Shown here: positions 11,582 through 22,646 of the stretch, piece after piece
How the letters are laid out: every line of letters begins with the position of its first letter
Numbering within the stretch: position 1 is the first letter of the stretch
NCBI GenBank assembly: GCA_047495785.1
Contig: JBLDXI010000032.1
Span: forward strand, 4,154,001 to 4,218,000
DNA length: 64,000 bases
Reading direction: 5' to 3'
Origin: Lepidodermella squamata
Taxonomy: Eukaryota > Animalia > Gastrotricha
The notes under the pieces: generated by a model
Seen by the model: the letters and a program-made list of their open reading frames with translations, nothing else
The model's database searches: none
Told to the model about the DNA's origin: nothing
Made by a program: the position numbers and the translations under genes

Positions 11582-13012
11582 ATGCACAGAGGGCCAAAGA
11601 GAAAGGTGGTATACATCCTATCTCTGTTGTTGGTGGCCTACCTATGTGTATGGCACCTCGGCGGCAACTTTATTCAATCCCACGAATCTTCAATGCAATC
11701 TCGGTCTGATGCAGCGGGGAAGTCGGCGATGTCGTTCCGCCAATGCCGCCAGCTGGCATATGAACGAATCAATGCTGCAAGGCCTTACCTTGAGCGGCCT
11801 CTTAAACCGTGGCCTAATAGCGCCCATTTGGTGAAAAGCAATAATTCTGACGAAATTATCGCTCATATCGACGTGAGCTCGCTGCGTTATGTCGGCGGTG
11901 AAGAGTGCGAAATGCAAGGCATGCGCTGGCGGGACTACAAGCTTTGGACACAGAAGACAGATTGGTTCGTTCAATATGCGAAACAGCCACCTGTTCACTG
12001 CATCGTGGTTCGTCGAGGCGGCAAGGCAGATATAAATGGAATCAACTTCTTGTTGCAATGTCCATTGAACAGCGCAACAACGCCGCTCGAAATGGGCTTG
12101 CAGTTGACAGTGTTTTCGGCCCGAAATGAAGTACGATTTACAGAACTCCTGGCGTGTCAATTGCAACTGCCTAAACCGTATTATCGCTTGGTCGCAACAA
12201 CTCTAGTCGCGGATGACCACCTAAACCGAATCCCCGAGTGGATCGAATACCACCTGTTGGTGGGCTTTGAATTTTTTGTGATATATGTCAATGAAAACTC
12301 GACAGCTCGTTACGAAAAATTGCTCGACGTTTACATCAATCAGCTGAAAGTCGTTGAAATCTCAGTTTTCTACAACGATTACATTACGAAACTGAACAGC
12401 AATGTCATGTCGCAGATTCCAAGTGAGCAGGATTGTGTTCACCAGTTGAAGGGCCGCGCGAAATGGCTGGCTGTTTTCGACGTCGATGAATTCATCCAAT
12501 TTTACCCGGAGACAAATTCGGCAAAGGCGCCAACTGTACTCGACTATTTGGAATCGGTTATTCGGAAAAATTCGACCATCACCAGTGTGAGATTTAAAAA
12601 TTGGTTTTTCGGGTATGGCCCTGGTATAATTTCACCTGGCGTTCAAGCCGATGGGGTGCTTGGTGGTAAGGATGTTGTTTCAGCGATCAATGATGTCACG
12701 TGGCGAGAGCCCAACAAAACGCCGGATCCGCCGCATTATCGGCGCAAATCGATTTCTCTCGTCGACAGCATTGACTATTACCTCATTCACGACGTAGGAA
12801 CCGGCTACGGCGGGGCCACTTGGGCGGATGGCGACCGAGATGCTAGGCTTGTTCACTATCGAGTGCCTTACAACAACCCGATAACGGCAGACATTTTCAT
12901 AAACGGTACCGCTGTACGTGACACTAGTATGGCCGAAAGGTACGGCTCGTTGATGACTGAAAACCTCAAAGCGCGAGGATTTGTGGTTCGAAAAAGCAAA
13001 TACGCCGACTGA
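11582..13012 (+). CDS. Glycosyltransferase family 92 (DUF23)-like, subtype A, intronless
   Basis: N-terminal TM; EWIEYH..VGF, QIPSEQDC, DVDEF (DxD), late HY. Confidence 0.85.
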   Translation: MHRGPKRKVVYILSLLLVAYLCVWHLGGNFIQSHESSMQSRSDAAGKSAMSFRQCRQLAYERINAARPYLERPLKPWPNSAHLVKSNNSDEIIAHIDVSSLRYVGGEECEMQGMRWRDYKLWTQKTDWFVQYAKQPPVHCIVVRRGGKADINGINFLLQCPLNSATTPLEMGLQLTVFSARNEVRFTELLACQLQLPKPYYRLVATTLVADDHLNRIPEWIEYHLLVGFEFFVIYVNENSTARYEKLLDVYINQLKVVEISVFYNDYITKLNSNVMSQIPSEQDCVHQLKGRAKWLAVFDVDEFIQFYPETNSAKAPTVLDYLESVIRKNSTITSVRFKNWFFGYGPGIISPGVQADGVLGGKDVVSAINDVTWREPNKTPDPPHYRRKSISLVDSIDYYLIHDVGTGYGGATWADGDRDARLVHYRVPYNNPITADIFINGTAVRDTSMAERYGSLMTENLKARGFVVRKSKYAD

Positions 13013-13294
13013 GTCCGAACGCTATTTTCGATTATTAGGCTATTTTGATTTGTTCGGTAGACTTTTGATCTGTCATTGGAAAGTTTTTGGTATTGTGTTT
13101 ATTGAGCCTTTGGCCTGCGAAATAAATTGTCGGCCTTTTTCGATGTTTTTGTTTTCAACTTTTTTACTCTAATTTTGATCGCGTGGCCACCTTATTCCAG
13201 TCGCGCACGCGATTTGTTATCTGTTTTTTATAGATGTGAATTTATCCTGGCAGGAATTACTGTCAGTTTTTTAGAATAATCTAATACGACTACG

Positions 13295-14731
13295 ATGCTA
13301 CGATTGAGAGCGCTGTTCTGGGACCGAGTTCTGTTAGCCATCATCATAGTGACATCTCTAATTTTATTTCTATACGAGCCTTCTGGTAATTTCAGCCGAG
13401 AAAAGTCGCTTAGTTTCACGCAATGTCGAGAAAGATTCAATCGAATAGTCAATCATCGGAAATTTTACGCCGTTTTACCCGAAATTCCATGGCCGGGTAG
13501 CATTTTCATCAGCAGCGAGGAGTTGAAAAATGGCACGTCACAGCCAGTCATTTACGTCGTACTGATTACGCTGTCATGCGAGTTCGAAACCAGAGAAGTT
13601 GGCTACGTGACAGGTATGCGTGACGAAATTTTCAATAAATGGTTCAAAAATGGAGGCTGGTCCATATCTCGGCTGAACCAGACCACCAGTTGCCAAGTCG
13701 TGACTAACAAAGACGGCGACACCGACTGGGTCAAAATGGCCGTTGTTCTGAAATGCCCGACCAACTACGATTTTATAGGATCTCAGTCGCCTGAGAATGG
13801 TCTTGAATTCTCGTTGTCAAATGGTAATAGGCGGGAGTTCAACGCGATAGCGACCCAACTGCCGTCTTGCAATGTCGCTTTCCCGAGGACAAAACATCGA
13901 CTAGTGATGACAACGTTAGTCGCAGATGAGCAAATGGACCGGCTGCCTGAGTGGATCGAATATCATTACATGATCGGCTTTGAATTTTTCGTCATCTACA
14001 TCAACCAGAATTCTTCGCTTCGATATGAAAAAATGCTCGACGTCTACATCAATCAAATGAAAATTGTCGAGCTATCAATTTATTACACGGATGCTGTTGT
14101 CGACCGGCCGGGTCGTGTGCCGAAAATTGCGGCTGAATTGGACACCCTGTGGCAGCTGAAAGGCCGGGCTGATTGGATGGCTTCGTTGGATGTCGATGAA
14201 TTCATACAATTTTACCCGAAAACGAATTCAGAGCATGCAGCAAACTTACCAGATTTCCTGGATTCCGTTTTCAGGCGGAAACAAAGGACAGGTGGGATTG
14301 TCTTTCCGAACTGGTTTTTTGGCTACGAGCCAAAACGGGCGCGACAACGCTATTACCCGCAGAAAGCTGATGACAAGATGATTTTCTCGCGAATCAACGA
14401 GATGACCTGGAGATCGACGAATAAATCAGAAGACCCGCCTTACTTCCATCGAAAATCAATCGCGCGTGTCGATAATGCGCTGTACTTTGCCGTTCACCGC
14501 GTGACGACAGGTGGCTTGGAGTATTGGGTTGATGCTGACCGGGACGCGCGGCTTGTTCACTACCGAACGCCCTACGACCAGTACTACGACCAAGTTGGCT
14601 GGGAATTCGATAAAGGCGTCGCGCCACGGGACTTTTCAATGAAAGACTCTTACGGTGAAATAATAAAAAATCGGCTGTTATCACGAGGTTTCGTCATTAA
14701 TGAGACGAAATATTTCGAAAATAATCTTTGA
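13295..14731 (+). CDS. GT92-like glycosyltransferase, subtype B, intronless
   Basis: N-terminal TM; EWIEYH, KIAAELDT, DVDEF. Confidence 0.85.
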   Translation: MLRLRALFWDRVLLAIIIVTSLILFLYEPSGNFSREKSLSFTQCRERFNRIVNHRKFYAVLPEIPWPGSIFISSEELKNGTSQPVIYVVLITLSCEFETREVGYVTGMRDEIFNKWFKNGGWSISRLNQTTSCQVVTNKDGDTDWVKMAVVLKCPTNYDFIGSQSPENGLEFSLSNGNRREFNAIATQLPSCNVAFPRTKHRLVMTTLVADEQMDRLPEWIEYHYMIGFEFFVIYINQNSSLRYEKMLDVYINQMKIVELSIYYTDAVVDRPGRVPKIAAELDTLWQLKGRADWMASLDVDEFIQFYPKTNSEHAANLPDFLDSVFRRKQRTGGIVFPNWFFGYEPKRARQRYYPQKADDKMIFSRINEMTWRSTNKSEDPPYFHRKSIARVDNALYFAVHRVTTGGLEYWVDADRDARLVHYRTPYDQYYDQVGWEFDKGVAPRDFSMKDSYGEIIKNRLLSRGFVINETKYFENNL

Positions 14732-14915
14732 AATTTCTAATAAAATAAGATAATTTAAGAGCGCAAGGTTATTATGTTTTGCCATTTTTGTAGTTTTTTC
14801 GAATGAATCTATAAATATCCTCCATTCATCAAATTTCGATCGATTGATCGCGTGCCGGCAAATTTCAACGTGAAGCAGATCCAGCAAATTTGATTTTTTT
14901 GTAGTCCATCAAAAA

Positions 14916-16376
14916 ATGGAAGATTCTGTTGATACGGTGAAAACCAACTCGACGATAAGCCCTTGCAAATGGTTTCTATCCAGTTTGATCGCCACTGTTC
15001 TAATTTTTCAAATCACTACCGTCTACTTTGACAGCAGGCTGCTCACTCATTATGGATTCTATGATGCCGAAAAAACGGAGAAGGCGCCCGAAAAAATGAC
15101 CTTCAGGTCATGTCGCCAGCTTTACTACGAAAGACTCTCCGAGTTGAAGCCTTACCAAACTGAGAAACCTTACCCTGCGAGTATTTTCCTCAAGCAAAAG
15201 AGGTCGGGTAAAACAGCCGCCTATATTGTCCTTTCGACATTGGCTTTCCGAGACAAAGGTCCGAGGCACAAGGCGACGGCTTATTTCCTGAAATTGTACC
15301 TGTCCTGGGTTGTTGACGTGGAGTGGCGAGTCATTTTGGACAACAACATCACTGCAACGTGTCAACTTGTTCGAAGAGATGGCGTTGCGGACAAGCGTCA
15401 CGTTGTTGCTGTTCTCGAATGCCCATTTAAAGAAATTAATCTGATCAACGGACTCGATGTGACGATTTCGGGTAGAAATCGGAAAAATTCAACAATTTTA
15501 GCTGAATATCAGAATTTGCCAGCGTGCCAGATTGAGTTCGAAAAACCGTTTTACCGACTTGTTGCAACAACCCTAGTGGCCGAAAATCACATCGACCGAA
15601 TTCCCGAATGGATCGAGTACCATCAACTCATCGGGTTCGAATTTTTTGTTCTCTACATCAATCAGAATTCCACTGAGCGTTTCGAAAAACTGCTCGACGT
15701 CTACATAAACGAGCTGAAAATTCTTGAAATCTCGATTTATTACAACGATTATGTCACTCCTACAAATCGGAATTCAGTCTCCCAAGTTCCCAGTGAGCAG
15801 GACTGTTTGTACCAGCTGAAAGGTCGGGCTAAATGGCTGGCGGTCATTGACGTGGACGAATTCGTTCAATTTTACCCTGGCAACAATTCAGAAAATGCGA
15901 CGACTTTGATCGATTTTCTCGACTCGATTCATCGCAGAAATCCCGGCCTGGGCGGGGTAAGTCTCAACAACTGGTTTTTCGGTTACGCACCTGGTGTGGA
16001 CCCACCCCAATTGCCGCGAGGTGCAGCGGATAACCGGACGGTGATTTCAAGAATTAACGGAATGACTTATCGTACGAAGAATCACACTCAAGACCCGCCC
16101 GAACTTCGGCGCAAAACGATAGTGCTTGTCGACAATGTGGCGTATTTTTCGATTCACCGCATAATTAACGGTGGTGAATCACGTTGGGTCAATGCTCTAA
16201 CTGATGGGAGGCTTGTTCACTACAGGGAGCCGTACGCTGTTGCTGGAGAATTTACAGATGGAACAGCGCCTGTAGATAAGTCTATGGCCTCAAAATACGG
16301 CAACATTGTTGTTAACAAATTGAAATCTCGAGGTTATATCGTGACCGAATCTTTGAAACCAAGAACAACACTTTAA
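14916..16376 (+). CDS. GT92-like glycosyltransferase, subtype A, intronless
   Basis: N-terminal TM; EWIEYH, QVPSEQDC, DVDEF. Confidence 0.85.
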   Translation: MEDSVDTVKTNSTISPCKWFLSSLIATVLIFQITTVYFDSRLLTHYGFYDAEKTEKAPEKMTFRSCRQLYYERLSELKPYQTEKPYPASIFLKQKRSGKTAAYIVLSTLAFRDKGPRHKATAYFLKLYLSWVVDVEWRVILDNNITATCQLVRRDGVADKRHVVAVLECPFKEINLINGLDVTISGRNRKNSTILAEYQNLPACQIEFEKPFYRLVATTLVAENHIDRIPEWIEYHQLIGFEFFVLYINQNSTERFEKLLDVYINELKILEISIYYNDYVTPTNRNSVSQVPSEQDCLYQLKGRAKWLAVIDVDEFVQFYPGNNSENATTLIDFLDSIHRRNPGLGGVSLNNWFFGYAPGVDPPQLPRGAADNRTVISRINGMTYRTKNHTQDPPELRRKTIVLVDNVAYFSIHRIINGGESRWVNALTDGRLVHYREPYAVAGEFTDGTAPVDKSMASKYGNIVVNKLKSRGYIVTESLKPRTTL

Positions 16377-16528
16377 AAGGTCAAGATTCTAATATTTATT
16401 TCCAACTTTTAGGGCTGATTTCACAAATTATTGATTGACGGTGCCTAGCGAAAGTCAGCGATTTTGGTCTGTTTATTTATAATTGTTTATTCGGCTGACT
16501 TTAAGCTGATTTAAATTAGATTATCAGC

Positions 16529-17977
16529 ATGTATTATCGCCGATTTCCGCGATTCATTTTTTTCCCCGTTGTCCTCATCCTCTGTACAACGCTTCTTTAT
16601 TACAACGACCAAGGCCCGAATTTGTTTATCGACTGGCAAAGCCAAGAAGGCATGCTAATGAACTACACACAGTGTCGCGCCACTTTCAACGGCATAGTCA
16701 ATGAACGAAGGTTTTACGCTGTTATACCGGAAATTCCTTGGCCCGGTAACATTTTCGTTCGCATTACCAAATCCAAGAATGGTACGCTTCAACCGACCGT
16801 ATTCGTTGTTTTCATCACCATGTCGTTGGAGCTGGAAAAACGAAAAATCGGTCTGGCAGTTGGAATGAAATGGCAAATATTTGATAAATGGTTTCGCGAC
16901 GGCCAGTGGTCCATTTCCAGGTCGAATTTCACCGCGACCTGTCAAGCTGTGTTGGTGAATGGTACAACTGACATATTCAGGCAGGGCGCTGTCATTTCGT
17001 GCCCTGCATCTTTCGATCTGGTCGGCCCTGACCCAGATAAAAATGGCCTCGAGTTTACGTTGAAGAACGGCAATAGAGCCGAGTTCAATTCTTTAGCCCA
17101 CCAGCTTCCTTCTTGTAATTTGCCATTTCAAAGGCCAAGATATAGACTGGCGCTAACGACGTTAGTCGCAGATGAACAAATGGACCGGCTGCCCGAGTGG
17201 ATCGAATACCATCACATGGTCGGTTTCGAATATTTCGTTATCAACGTCAACCATAAATCGACTGTACGATATGAAAGAATGCTTGATGTCTACATAAATC
17301 AGTTGAAAATTGTCCAACTAGCGAATCATTATTCGGACGTGGTCGTCGACCGTCCAGGTCGCATATCGAAAATTGCCGCGGAATTGGACACATTGTGGCA
17401 GTTGAAAGGCCGAGCTGATTGGATGGCCTCGTTGGACGTCGATGAATTCATTCAGTTTTACCCGAGAACAAATTCTGAAAAAGCGGAGACATTGGTCGAC
17501 TTTCTGGACTCTATTCTAAAGAAATTTCCAACAACAGGTGGCGTTGAAATTCTAAACTATTTCTTCGGCTACGGACAACATCGGGCGCGGAGACGGTACT
17601 ACCCGGAGAAGGAAGACGATAAAGTTATTTTCTCGCGAATCAACGAAATGACTTGGCGCGCTGTGAACAAGTCAGTCGACCCGCCTAATTTGCACAGGAA
17701 AACTGTCGCTCGAGTTGACACCGCGTTGTATTTTGCGACTCATCGCGTCACGCTTGGCGGCACTGAGTACGTGGCTGATGCTGAGCGCGACGTTCGGCTG
17801 GCTCATTTTCGAACACCTTACGACTCGTACTACAAAGAGGTCGGCTGGCAGTTCGACAAAGGCGTCGCTGTTCGCGATTACAGTATGAAGAACACGTTTG
17901 GAGAAATAATCAAAAGCCGGCTGATTTCGCGCGGCTTTGTCATAAATGAAACTAAATATTTCGAGCCGGATTTGTGA
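16529..17977 (+). CDS. GT92-like glycosyltransferase, subtype B, intronless
   Basis: N-terminal TM; EWIEYH, KIAAELDT, DVDEF; close paralog of 13295-14731. Confidence 0.85.
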   Translation: MYYRRFPRFIFFPVVLILCTTLLYYNDQGPNLFIDWQSQEGMLMNYTQCRATFNGIVNERRFYAVIPEIPWPGNIFVRITKSKNGTLQPTVFVVFITMSLELEKRKIGLAVGMKWQIFDKWFRDGQWSISRSNFTATCQAVLVNGTTDIFRQGAVISCPASFDLVGPDPDKNGLEFTLKNGNRAEFNSLAHQLPSCNLPFQRPRYRLALTTLVADEQMDRLPEWIEYHHMVGFEYFVINVNHKSTVRYERMLDVYINQLKIVQLANHYSDVVVDRPGRISKIAAELDTLWQLKGRADWMASLDVDEFIQFYPRTNSEKAETLVDFLDSILKKFPTTGGVEILNYFFGYGQHRARRRYYPEKEDDKVIFSRINEMTWRAVNKSVDPPNLHRKTVARVDTALYFATHRVTLGGTEYVADAERDVRLAHFRTPYDSYYKEVGWQFDKGVAVRDYSMKNTFGEIIKSRLISRGFVINETKYFEPDL

Positions 17978-18424
17978 GGCTTCCAATAATTGAATGAGAA
18001 TTGCTGCTAAATTAGTTATTGGTAAATTATGAATAAAAACCACCAACGATGAAAAACATGCGGGTTTTATAAAGCCTTAATTTTATTGAATTTAACATCT
18101 TCCGCTATGGAGAAAGTAGCTAGTTTGGCCTAGTCGATCCTCGTCCCTTGTCACGCCGAACATCGTCTTATAAATCGGGTAATGAACCAATGACTGCGAG
18201 AATTCGTCACCCTTACACTCAACGCCACCAATTGTGAACATTTTTCATTTTGATTAGCCAGGTACTTGTGAATGGCGAACTGTTGAATAGCCTAGCAAGC
18301 ATGTCCACAAGCATATCCAACATTGGATCCTATTACTGAATGAATAGACGTAAATTGTGAGCACGTGCCCCGATGAAAATAGTGATCAACAAATCTTCGT
18401 GCCGCCGTCAATTATAATTTTGAA

Positions 18425-19891
18425 ATGAAAGATTTGCACGATTTGCAAGATAACAAAATTAAGGATCGCTCGCCGCCTGCGGCTTGGAAATGTCTCATAG
18501 GTGGCGTTATAGCAATTCTTATAATACTCGAATGCCTCCAACTTCGTTTGAACAATTCTATTCCTTATTACCACCCTGCCGGAATATCTAATGCTAACCA
18601 GAGCTTGTCATTTCGAAGCTGTCGAATGTTGTACTACCAAAAAATTACCGAGCAGCATCATTATTTGACTCGGCCAGAAACGCCCTTGCCAAGCAGTATT
18701 TTTACGAGGAAAATCAATTCGTCCCATACTTCAGCTTTCATCGTTTTATCTACCTTGATTTTCTATGATGTCGGGCCGAGTCGTGGCGTAAAAGCCATGT
18801 TCAAGTCCATCTACCCTACTTGGTTGTCCGAAAAATCTTGGTCAATCGGAGACGATTCAAATTTTACCAGGAGCTGTAAACTTATTACACGGAATGGAGT
18901 TGCGGATAGGCTGCAATTTGTCGCTGTTCTCGAATGCAATCTTGGCGAATACGACCCTAAAAATGGGCAATTAATGACAATCAGAGCCCTCGATCCTAGG
19001 AAGAAAAGTCTGGTTTTCAACGCACCGGATCTACCAGCTTGCCAGCTAGAAATTCCCAAACCTTATTACCGACTAGCAGCAACTACTATGGTGGCGGAAG
19101 ATCACATCGACCGAATTCCGGAGTGGATCGAGTATCATCATTTAATCGGCTTCGAATTTTTCGTAATTTACGTCAATCACAACTCGACGAGCCGCTTCGA
19201 AAAAATGCTTGATGTCTACATTAAGCAGTTGAAAATTGTCGAGATTTCGATTTACTACAACGACTACGTCACATCGATAAATCGAAATTACCTTTCACAG
19301 CTTCCTAGTATTCAGGATTGTTTGTACCAGTTGAAAGGCCGGGCCAAGTGGTTGGCTGTTTTTGACGTGGACGAATTCATTCAATTTTACCCGGAAACGA
19401 ATTCAGAGAAAGCAGCGAGTCTTGTTGAATACCTGGACTCGCTTCACCGAAAATCGCCAAAATTAGGCGGGGTTCAATTTTCGAACTGGTACTTCGGCTT
19501 TGGACCAGGCGCTATTCCGTCTCGATTCGAACCTAATCGAACTGATGATCGGTTGATTTTACCCCGAATAAATTCAATGACATATCGAAGAAAAAAGCAG
19601 ACTCGTGATCCGCCGAACGTGAGGCGGAAAACGATATCACTCATCGACAACGTTGCCTATTTAGCTGTGCATATAATAATGAATGGAGGCAAGCCGCACT
19701 GGGCTTCGTCGGCTAGCGATGGCAGGCTTATTCATTATCGGACACCTTACACTGGCAGTGGCCAGGAATTCATCGATGGCAAAGCGCCACGTGACTTATC
19801 GATGGCTGAAAAATACGGCAAAATAATTGAAAATAATCTTCTCTCACGTGGATTTATCATTGTAAACCAAACTCTCCATTTACAGAAATAA
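18425..19891 (+). CDS. GT92-like glycosyltransferase, subtype A, intronless
   Basis: N-terminal TM; EWIEYH, QLPSIQDC, DVDEF. Confidence 0.85.
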   Translation: MKDLHDLQDNKIKDRSPPAAWKCLIGGVIAILIILECLQLRLNNSIPYYHPAGISNANQSLSFRSCRMLYYQKITEQHHYLTRPETPLPSSIFTRKINSSHTSAFIVLSTLIFYDVGPSRGVKAMFKSIYPTWLSEKSWSIGDDSNFTRSCKLITRNGVADRLQFVAVLECNLGEYDPKNGQLMTIRALDPRKKSLVFNAPDLPACQLEIPKPYYRLAATTMVAEDHIDRIPEWIEYHHLIGFEFFVIYVNHNSTSRFEKMLDVYIKQLKIVEISIYYNDYVTSINRNYLSQLPSIQDCLYQLKGRAKWLAVFDVDEFIQFYPETNSEKAASLVEYLDSLHRKSPKLGGVQFSNWYFGFGPGAIPSRFEPNRTDDRLILPRINSMTYRRKKQTRDPPNVRRKTISLIDNVAYLAVHIIMNGGKPHWASSASDGRLIHYRTPYTGSGQEFIDGKAPRDLSMAEKYGKIIENNLLSRGFIIVNQTLHLQK

Positions 19892-19992
19892 AACAAATTT
19901 ATCTCTTTCTTGTGTTCTCTGATAAAGCTTTGCAGCTGATAACAACGGCAAAACACAGTATAGGATCCTAGATTCAGACATCCTTGCAGAAA

Positions 19993-20799
19993 ATGACTGA
20001 ATTTCAGGTTAGAATTGACCATCCGAAGGGTAGATTCATTATTAAGGATTTATCGCCTGATTTCAGCGTTAAGCAACTTGTTGATCACTTTGAAAAGCAA
20101 ACTCTGATCAAGTTCTTCCCTTGCCACCACTCATGGAACCTTTTGCGAAGTGGAATAATCTTGGCCTCGTCACTCGGACAAGGTTTCAATACCAAATTGG
20201 ACCACCTTAATCTACAGGATGAAGAATGGCTCTCAGTTAGTCAGATGAGACAAACTGGCAGAATTTCGGCAGAAATCGCCGATAGCAAAGTCATTTTCCA
20301 TGTCGATGAGGGTCATGACGTTGCCGTCTCGACTTTTCATGTTTCTTGCCAATCATCGGAGACATTATTACAAGGTCAACATTATGTAGGCTTGCTTTTA
20401 TTGGAGTATGACGGGCGAAATGATTGGAATTTAGCTGGTGTGCATTGCCGATCAGGCTACATCTACATCAAAGATCGGGAATCAGTTGAAATTTTCAGAA
20501 CAAAAGCGGCGAATGACCTCCATTCAAAGGCGTATTTCTCGCTAATTGGCCGCGAATTGAATGAAAAAACTGTAGCCCTAAAATTTTCGATCAACGACTC
20601 GGCGTTTCAGCTGGAAGGTCTGCTGAATGGGGACAATCTTCACGGCCAAGTCGCAAGTGTCTGCATCCTGAAAGCGGTGATTCAATGGCTCGAAACGAAA
20701 GGAACCAGCCGAACATGGCATCTTGAAGACAACTTTGCTGGAAAATGCCTTGATTGCGAGTTGGAAAATCTATCGTCTAAACTAAAGGATTTGGTTTAA
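19993..20799 (+). CDS. Uncharacterised soluble protein (paralog of 39452-40270)
   Basis: First ATG at 19993. Shares FHVSCQS and YVGLxLLxYDGRxDWNLAGVHCRSGYIYxKxRES with its paralog. Confidence 0.8.
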   Translation: MTEFQVRIDHPKGRFIIKDLSPDFSVKQLVDHFEKQTLIKFFPCHHSWNLLRSGIILASSLGQGFNTKLDHLNLQDEEWLSVSQMRQTGRISAEIADSKVIFHVDEGHDVAVSTFHVSCQSSETLLQGQHYVGLLLLEYDGRNDWNLAGVHCRSGYIYIKDRESVEIFRTKAANDLHSKAYFSLIGRELNEKTVALKFSINDSAFQLEGLLNGDNLHGQVASVCILKAVIQWLETKGTSRTWHLEDNFAGKCLDCELENLSSKLKDLV

Positions 20800-20893
20800 A
20801 TATAATATGAATTATTCCCATTTTATTCCTCGTTAACATCATGCAAAAAGTGAATTTTATAGGCAGACTTGAAAATAAATAAAGACCCAATTC

Positions 20894-21568
20894 TCATCTC
20901 GGTGGCTTAGAAATGGGTGTTGAATCGTTCGAAGAATGAAGTTTCACAAGTTTAGACTCGTAATTATCTCTCGCACCCTGAACCAGATCGATGAAGAGTG
21001 GTATCAAAAATGCGAAAACGATCAAAAAAATGATGCATATGCCGATTTGTATGAACTGCGAAGGCGTGCAACATGCCAGGTGACCGCGGGCGAGTGTTGT
21101 ATAGTACTGGTTATTCATAACCATTTGACTGAGCCTCGCGCCCAGCGGAGCGTGACCCTGCGAGTAGCTGCGACTCTGCGGCCGTCGATTTGAGGTCGGC
21201 CGACCTGGCACTGCCACCATCGGGATGCTAATAGCTGCTGAGTTCATATTCGCACCTTGTACCATGGGAATTGCGTACAGTAGCAGAGCCGCATCTACGT
21301 TGCGATCAATCGTTGATTCGCTTTTTCGTTTATGGCCTCTCGACTTTTTGCCATGATGCTTTTCCCTGTGCTTCGGCTTGAGCTTCGCCTTGTCGATAGG
21401 CGGCGCCTCGTCGTTTGCCTTCGATAGGCCCTGCTCGCTCGATGGTTCTTCGACGGTCAGCGCTATCACTGCCTGATCTTCGATATCAGCATATAGATTC
21501 CCAACTCTTTTGGAGTAATTGTTGCCTTGCAAGTTGTCATTCTGCTCCGGGTAGGAATGTTTAGGCAT
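20894..21568 (-). CDS. Disordered protein with C-terminal TM anchor (array member 1)
   Basis: 224 aa intronless ORF; TM FIQIGICIIFLIVFAFLIPLFI. Confidence 0.75.
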   Translation of the reverse strand: MPKHSYPEQNDNLQGNNYSKRVGNLYADIEDQAVIALTVEEPSSEQGLSKANDEAPPIDKAKLKPKHREKHHGKKSRGHKRKSESTIDRNVDAALLLYAIPMVQGANMNSAAISIPMVAVPGRPTSNRRPQSRSYSQGHAPLGARLSQMVMNNQYYTTLARGHLACCTPSQFIQIGICIIFLIVFAFLIPLFIDLVQGARDNYESKLVKLHSSNDSTPISKPPR

Positions 21569-21920
21569 ATAAAGGTTATAAAGCTACGTGTATCAGTCAA
21601 TATATAGGTAATGCTTTTGATAGTGAGTGCTAGCTGAACCTCGAATTCTTGCGACGTAGAAGACCTGTCGTGCGGATGATTAATGACAAATCTGCACTAA
21701 TCAATATTGATCTGTGAGTTGCCCCGGATAACCTCGAATCGCGCGAATAAAAGACTTAAACATTTCAGTAATTTTAACGGACAGGAAGCAGCTTTTTATG
21801 AGCGATAATTAGTGTACAACATGAAATTTGTTTTGACCAGAAAATTACGACTGGAAATGCGTTTTTTTATTATTAAATTTGGAGCATTTTTTGGCTTTTC
21901 ATCTTCTGATATAAAATGAT

Positions 21921-22646
21921 TTAGTTTATGATAACGCCATTAATGTCGTGGATAGTCTTGACGTTGCTTCCAAACAAGGCGTAGAATTGAACAATAATAA
22001 GGATAGCAGGTATTGAGACGCAGGCAAGCAGGATGGCGAGGACGTAGCCGATAAATCGAAGCCGTGATCGCATCGGAGCGTCGCCGAGAGAAAACGAGCT
22101 GCCTCTTCTGCACGCGAAATAACCCTTTGATCGCTGCTCGCCAAGCTCACTCCGACTCCGAGCTGAGCACATCGCGCAGATAAACGAACGATTCGCTGGG
22201 ACATTTTGATTGAAATCGCCTTTAATTGCTGGTTGCTTTGTTGGCTTCTCGACTACCTGCTGTGATACTAAGGATGAATTCTCAGTCATCACAGATTTAC
22301 AGGAGGTTTTAAAATTGAACAGGTCATCGCGAGTTTTTTGCCGCTGGCTAGTAATATCAGGGCTGATGCTGCCGTAGTAGGCTTTGTTGTCGAATCCGCC
22401 GCCGACGCCTACGAACTTCGCGAGTGGGACAGCTTTTCGGGTGGATAATGGCGTGATGACGGTTGTGAACGAGCTGACATCAGTGGACATGCCCAGATCT
22501 TCATCGCTGGGCAGAATATCGGAGAATTCCGCGTCGACCATGTCCAAATCAAGAGATGAACCGAACGCGCAGGCAGCAGCAGCAGTGCGACGGCTCATCA
22601 ATGCATCGGCGCAATTACGCGAATTATTTGAAGCGGAAAACAGCAT
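21921..22646 (-). CDS. Disordered protein with C-terminal TM anchor (member 2)
   Basis: 241 aa; TM FIGYVLAILLACVSIPAILIIV. Confidence 0.75.
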   Translation of the reverse strand: MLFSASNNSRNCADALMSRRTAAAACAFGSSLDLDMVDAEFSDILPSDEDLGMSTDVSSFTTVITPLSTRKAVPLAKFVGVGGGFDNKAYYGSISPDITSQRQKTRDDLFNFKTSCKSVMTENSSLVSQQVVEKPTKQPAIKGDFNQNVPANRSFICAMCSARSRSELGEQRSKGYFACRRGSSFSLGDAPMRSRLRFIGYVLAILLACVSIPAILIIVQFYALFGSNVKTIHDINGVIIN

